Below are positions 24,318-26,651 of a stretch of 26,651 nt of DNA, piece after piece; position 1 is the first letter of the stretch, and the number at the start of each line of letters is the position of its first letter. The position numbers and the translations under genes are program-made. Below the pieces are notes generated by a model that was not told the origin of the DNA, ran no database searches, and was given only the letters and a program-made list of their open reading frames with translations. The DNA comes from a virus. Lineage: Duplodnaviria; Caudoviricetes. The stretch lies in IMG/VR virus record IMGVR_UViG_3300030433_001618, positions 1 through 26,651 of that record, one strand, 5' to 3'.

Positions 24318-26651
24318 TAGATAAGCTTGTACCCAGAGAATTTAAGTCTGATCAAGACGAGAGGCTTACTCCTTCGACAGTATATATTGATGGATTGAAC
24401 ATTAGTATTGATACTGATGAGGATGGTAATGCTGGGGTTGTAAAGACATCCAAGGGCACAAATCCTATTCCTTTAGATCAGATAAGCTATTCCCAAGATA
24501 CAGAGACTGTTCAGGTAATCGGCTCTTGCAGAGATGACGAAAGGGCCAGAACGTACTTCTTCGTGTACTGCAGCACTGCGTCAAAGAACGCGATATTTTA
24601 CTACGATGACGTCAACAACGGGACTGTTCTTGTCACCGATGGCTCTTATCTGAATTTTGATAAGGAAAACAAGATTAGCTGTGATGTCGTAAATGGAGAG
24701 TTCAGGAAGGACGGACAAATTAACTCCCTGCTGTACTTCACGGATGATAGAAATGAGCCTAGAAAAATAAACGTGGACCATGCAGACGAGCTTGAGGGCT
24801 TGTCGGACACAAGGCTTGAGCTTTACACTTCAGTTCTTAAGCAATCACCACACACGGCACCTTCGGTTTCATTCGGGTACAACTTGGCGCTGGGTGTTGG
24901 AACGATATCAGATAAATCTGCATATCAGTTTGCATATCAGTACATATACAAGGACGGTGAAGTGTCTGGTCTTAGCCCTACGTCTGTGTCTTTCGTTCCG
25001 CAGAGGGACTCTGAAGGTAGGTTCCCCAACCATGCTATACTAACGTTTTTTCACCTCATGTATGGAAAGGGCTCTATAAACCCTCAGGCCTTCTTAAATC
25101 CAGAAGTGTCTAAGATCAGGGTTCTTTACAAAGAAGAGTCTAATGTTGAGATTTCACCATTCAGAATACTTGATGAATATGACCCCAGAGAAGGGATTGT
25201 AAGAAACATTGGATCTACACAGAACTATCCGATTGCTCCAAATAATGGAAATACATACGTATTTCTCGACAGAGGATATAAGAGTGTACTTCCTTCGGTT
25301 CAGGAAGACAACCCCACATCTGCTGTACCCAGGGTTGCTAAGACTCAAGCCGTAAACAACAGCAGACTTTTTTATGGAAACTATGTCGAGGGATTTAACA
25401 ATCTAGGAGAGGGGAACGGGATTGAAGGTGATTCAGGAGAGTCTGCAGACGTTTCCATTAGTGTCAACTACGCAAGCGCATCAGCCGCTCTTAATGAAGA
25501 GGTTGCTCTTATTCCCACGGACGGGTCTCACACCGCCCCAGGAAACCTTGTTGCTCAGGGTCTTGATTTCTCCTCATTTCCTGAAGAATACAACAATGGT
25601 GACACCTTTGAGATATCTATAACATCTGGGGTTAGAGCTGTTTTTAATGACGAAGAAATCCTTGAGAATGTAAGGGCGAGGCTTGAGCCACTTGTTGCAA
25701 GAGCCACCGTAGTAAATGGATTCAACGTACAAACTATAGAGGTTCCTATTGTTCATGAGTTTAGTGTAGGGGGTCAGGAAGGCTTTCAAGTTTGCAACGT
25801 CGCCAATCCAATACAGCTTTCCGTGCCGATTACAGGAAACTACAACAAAGCTGGTGTTATAGAATTTATCAACTCTATACTTGACGACAATCCTATTGTA
25901 AGATTCGAGAACATAACCCTGACTAACGACAACATAACACAGGTTGGTGGCTACAAGACTATAGATTACGTCAACTTAGCGTCGGGAACATTTTACCAAC
26001 CCTTTCAGTCGATTCCCGATCCCGACTTATTTTTTGATTTTCTTGACACTGACTATTGGTCATCATTTAGAGCTCAGGTTGAAAACTTTCTAATCAACCC
26101 AGGAACAACTGATCATCCGTTCCACGGCAAGAAAATTAGAGTGCAGTACGATGTTAGGCTGAAGTTTTTTTATGACGAAGGCTCAGACAGCATAAGCTTT
26201 AGGCTTAACCCAACCAACGCAAGGCTTATTGAAGAAGGAAGCACTAACCTAATAAGTACATACGATAATGGAGATGGGTCTGAATGGCTGGGTGGGTCTC
26301 AGTTTTCAAGCACAGGGGGAAACATTGTCCAGTACAACATTCAAAACACCGATCAAGATGAGACTGTAATGTCTATTGGGGTGGATGCTTCTATTCCTGG
26401 GTTTAGTGCTGGTTCAAACCACTCTTTTGCGTTCGCTTACCACGACAACAAGGGTAGAATCTCTTCTGCTCAAGAGATAGGTAGTGTGTATGTAGAGCCT
26501 ATTGGGGGGGCTGCTAGACTTCAGAATGGTGAGTACAAAAATGGTCCAGCAACTATATCCTTCACCCCTAATCACGAACCCCCTGCTTGGGCTTCTTCAT
26601 ACAGGCTTCTTTATGCTGGTCCTGATGACATCAAAGACAGTGTAGATCTCT
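24314..26651 (+). CDS. Tail stabilisation/nozzle protein (P22 gp10-like, crAss-like), 3'-truncated
   Basis: ATGA coupling at 24314; MIDKLVPREFKSDQDERLTP...YIDGLN...GNAGVVK, LLYFTDDRNEPRKIN, YQFAYQYIYKDGEVS, VPRVAKTQAV...RLFYGNYVEG, PPAWASSY. No stop found, which explains its absence from the ORF track. Confidence 0.8.
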   Translation, partial: MIDKLVPREFKSDQDERLTPSTVYIDGLNISIDTDEDGNAGVVKTSKGTNPIPLDQISYSQDTETVQVIGSCRDDERARTYFFVYCSTASKNAIFYYDDVNNGTVLVTDGSYLNFDKENKISCDVVNGEFRKDGQINSLLYFTDDRNEPRKINVDHADELEGLSDTRLELYTSVLKQSPHTAPSVSFGYNLALGVGTISDKSAYQFAYQYIYKDGEVSGLSPTSVSFVPQRDSEGRFPNHAILTFFHLMYGKGSINPQAFLNPEVSKIRVLYKEESNVEISPFRILDEYDPREGIVRNIGSTQNYPIAPNNGNTYVFLDRGYKSVLPSVQEDNPTSAVPRVAKTQAVNNSRLFYGNYVEGFNNLGEGNGIEGDSGESADVSISVNYASASAALNEEVALIPTDGSHTAPGNLVAQGLDFSSFPEEYNNGDTFEISITSGVRAVFNDEEILENVRARLEPLVARATVVNGFNVQTIEVPIVHEFSVGGQEGFQVCNVANPIQLSVPITGNYNKAGVIEFINSILDDNPIVRFENITLTNDNITQVGGYKTIDYVNLASGTFYQPFQSIPDPDLFFDFLDTDYWSSFRAQVENFLINPGTTDHPFHGKKIRVQYDVRLKFFYDEGSDSISFRLNPTNARLIEEGSTNLISTYDNGDGSEWLGGSQFSSTGGNIVQYNIQNTDQDETVMSIGVDASIPGFSAGSNHSFAFAYHDNKGRISSAQEIGSVYVEPIGGAARLQNGEYKNGPATISFTPNHEPPAWASSYRLLYAGPDDIKDSVDL

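Overview
The whole window is the packaging and morphogenesis arm of a tailed dsDNA phage with podovirus, crAss-like architecture. The host is almost certainly Bacteroidota: eight intergenic copies of TATATTTG match the Bacteroidota -7 promoter TAnnTTTG, and starts are AT-rich without Shine-Dalgarno sequences. Gene order, almost all on the + strand: three putative internal/cargo proteins rich in hydrophobic-x-x-GG motifs, a peptidase M15 endolysin, one antisense winged-helix gene, a tandem-domain GroES, a putative small terminase, tRNA-Ile(UAU) and tRNA-Arg(UCU), large terminase, portal, an ~8 kb block of modular fibre/decoration proteins, four very basic small proteins, scaffold, major capsid protein, two ring/adaptor proteins, and a tail stabilisation protein that runs off the window end. 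Four coding regions are missing from the supplied ORF track (4760-4903, 5116-5247, 18662-18823, 24314-end). The most notable signals are the repeated [YFM]xxGG motifs, the rare tRNA-Ile(UAU), three apparently leaderless genes with identical promoter-ATG spacing, the Cpn20-like double GroES, and shared domains plus a dockerin/EF-hand-like loop among the fibre proteins. All family assignments come from motif recognition and synteny; no database searches were run.
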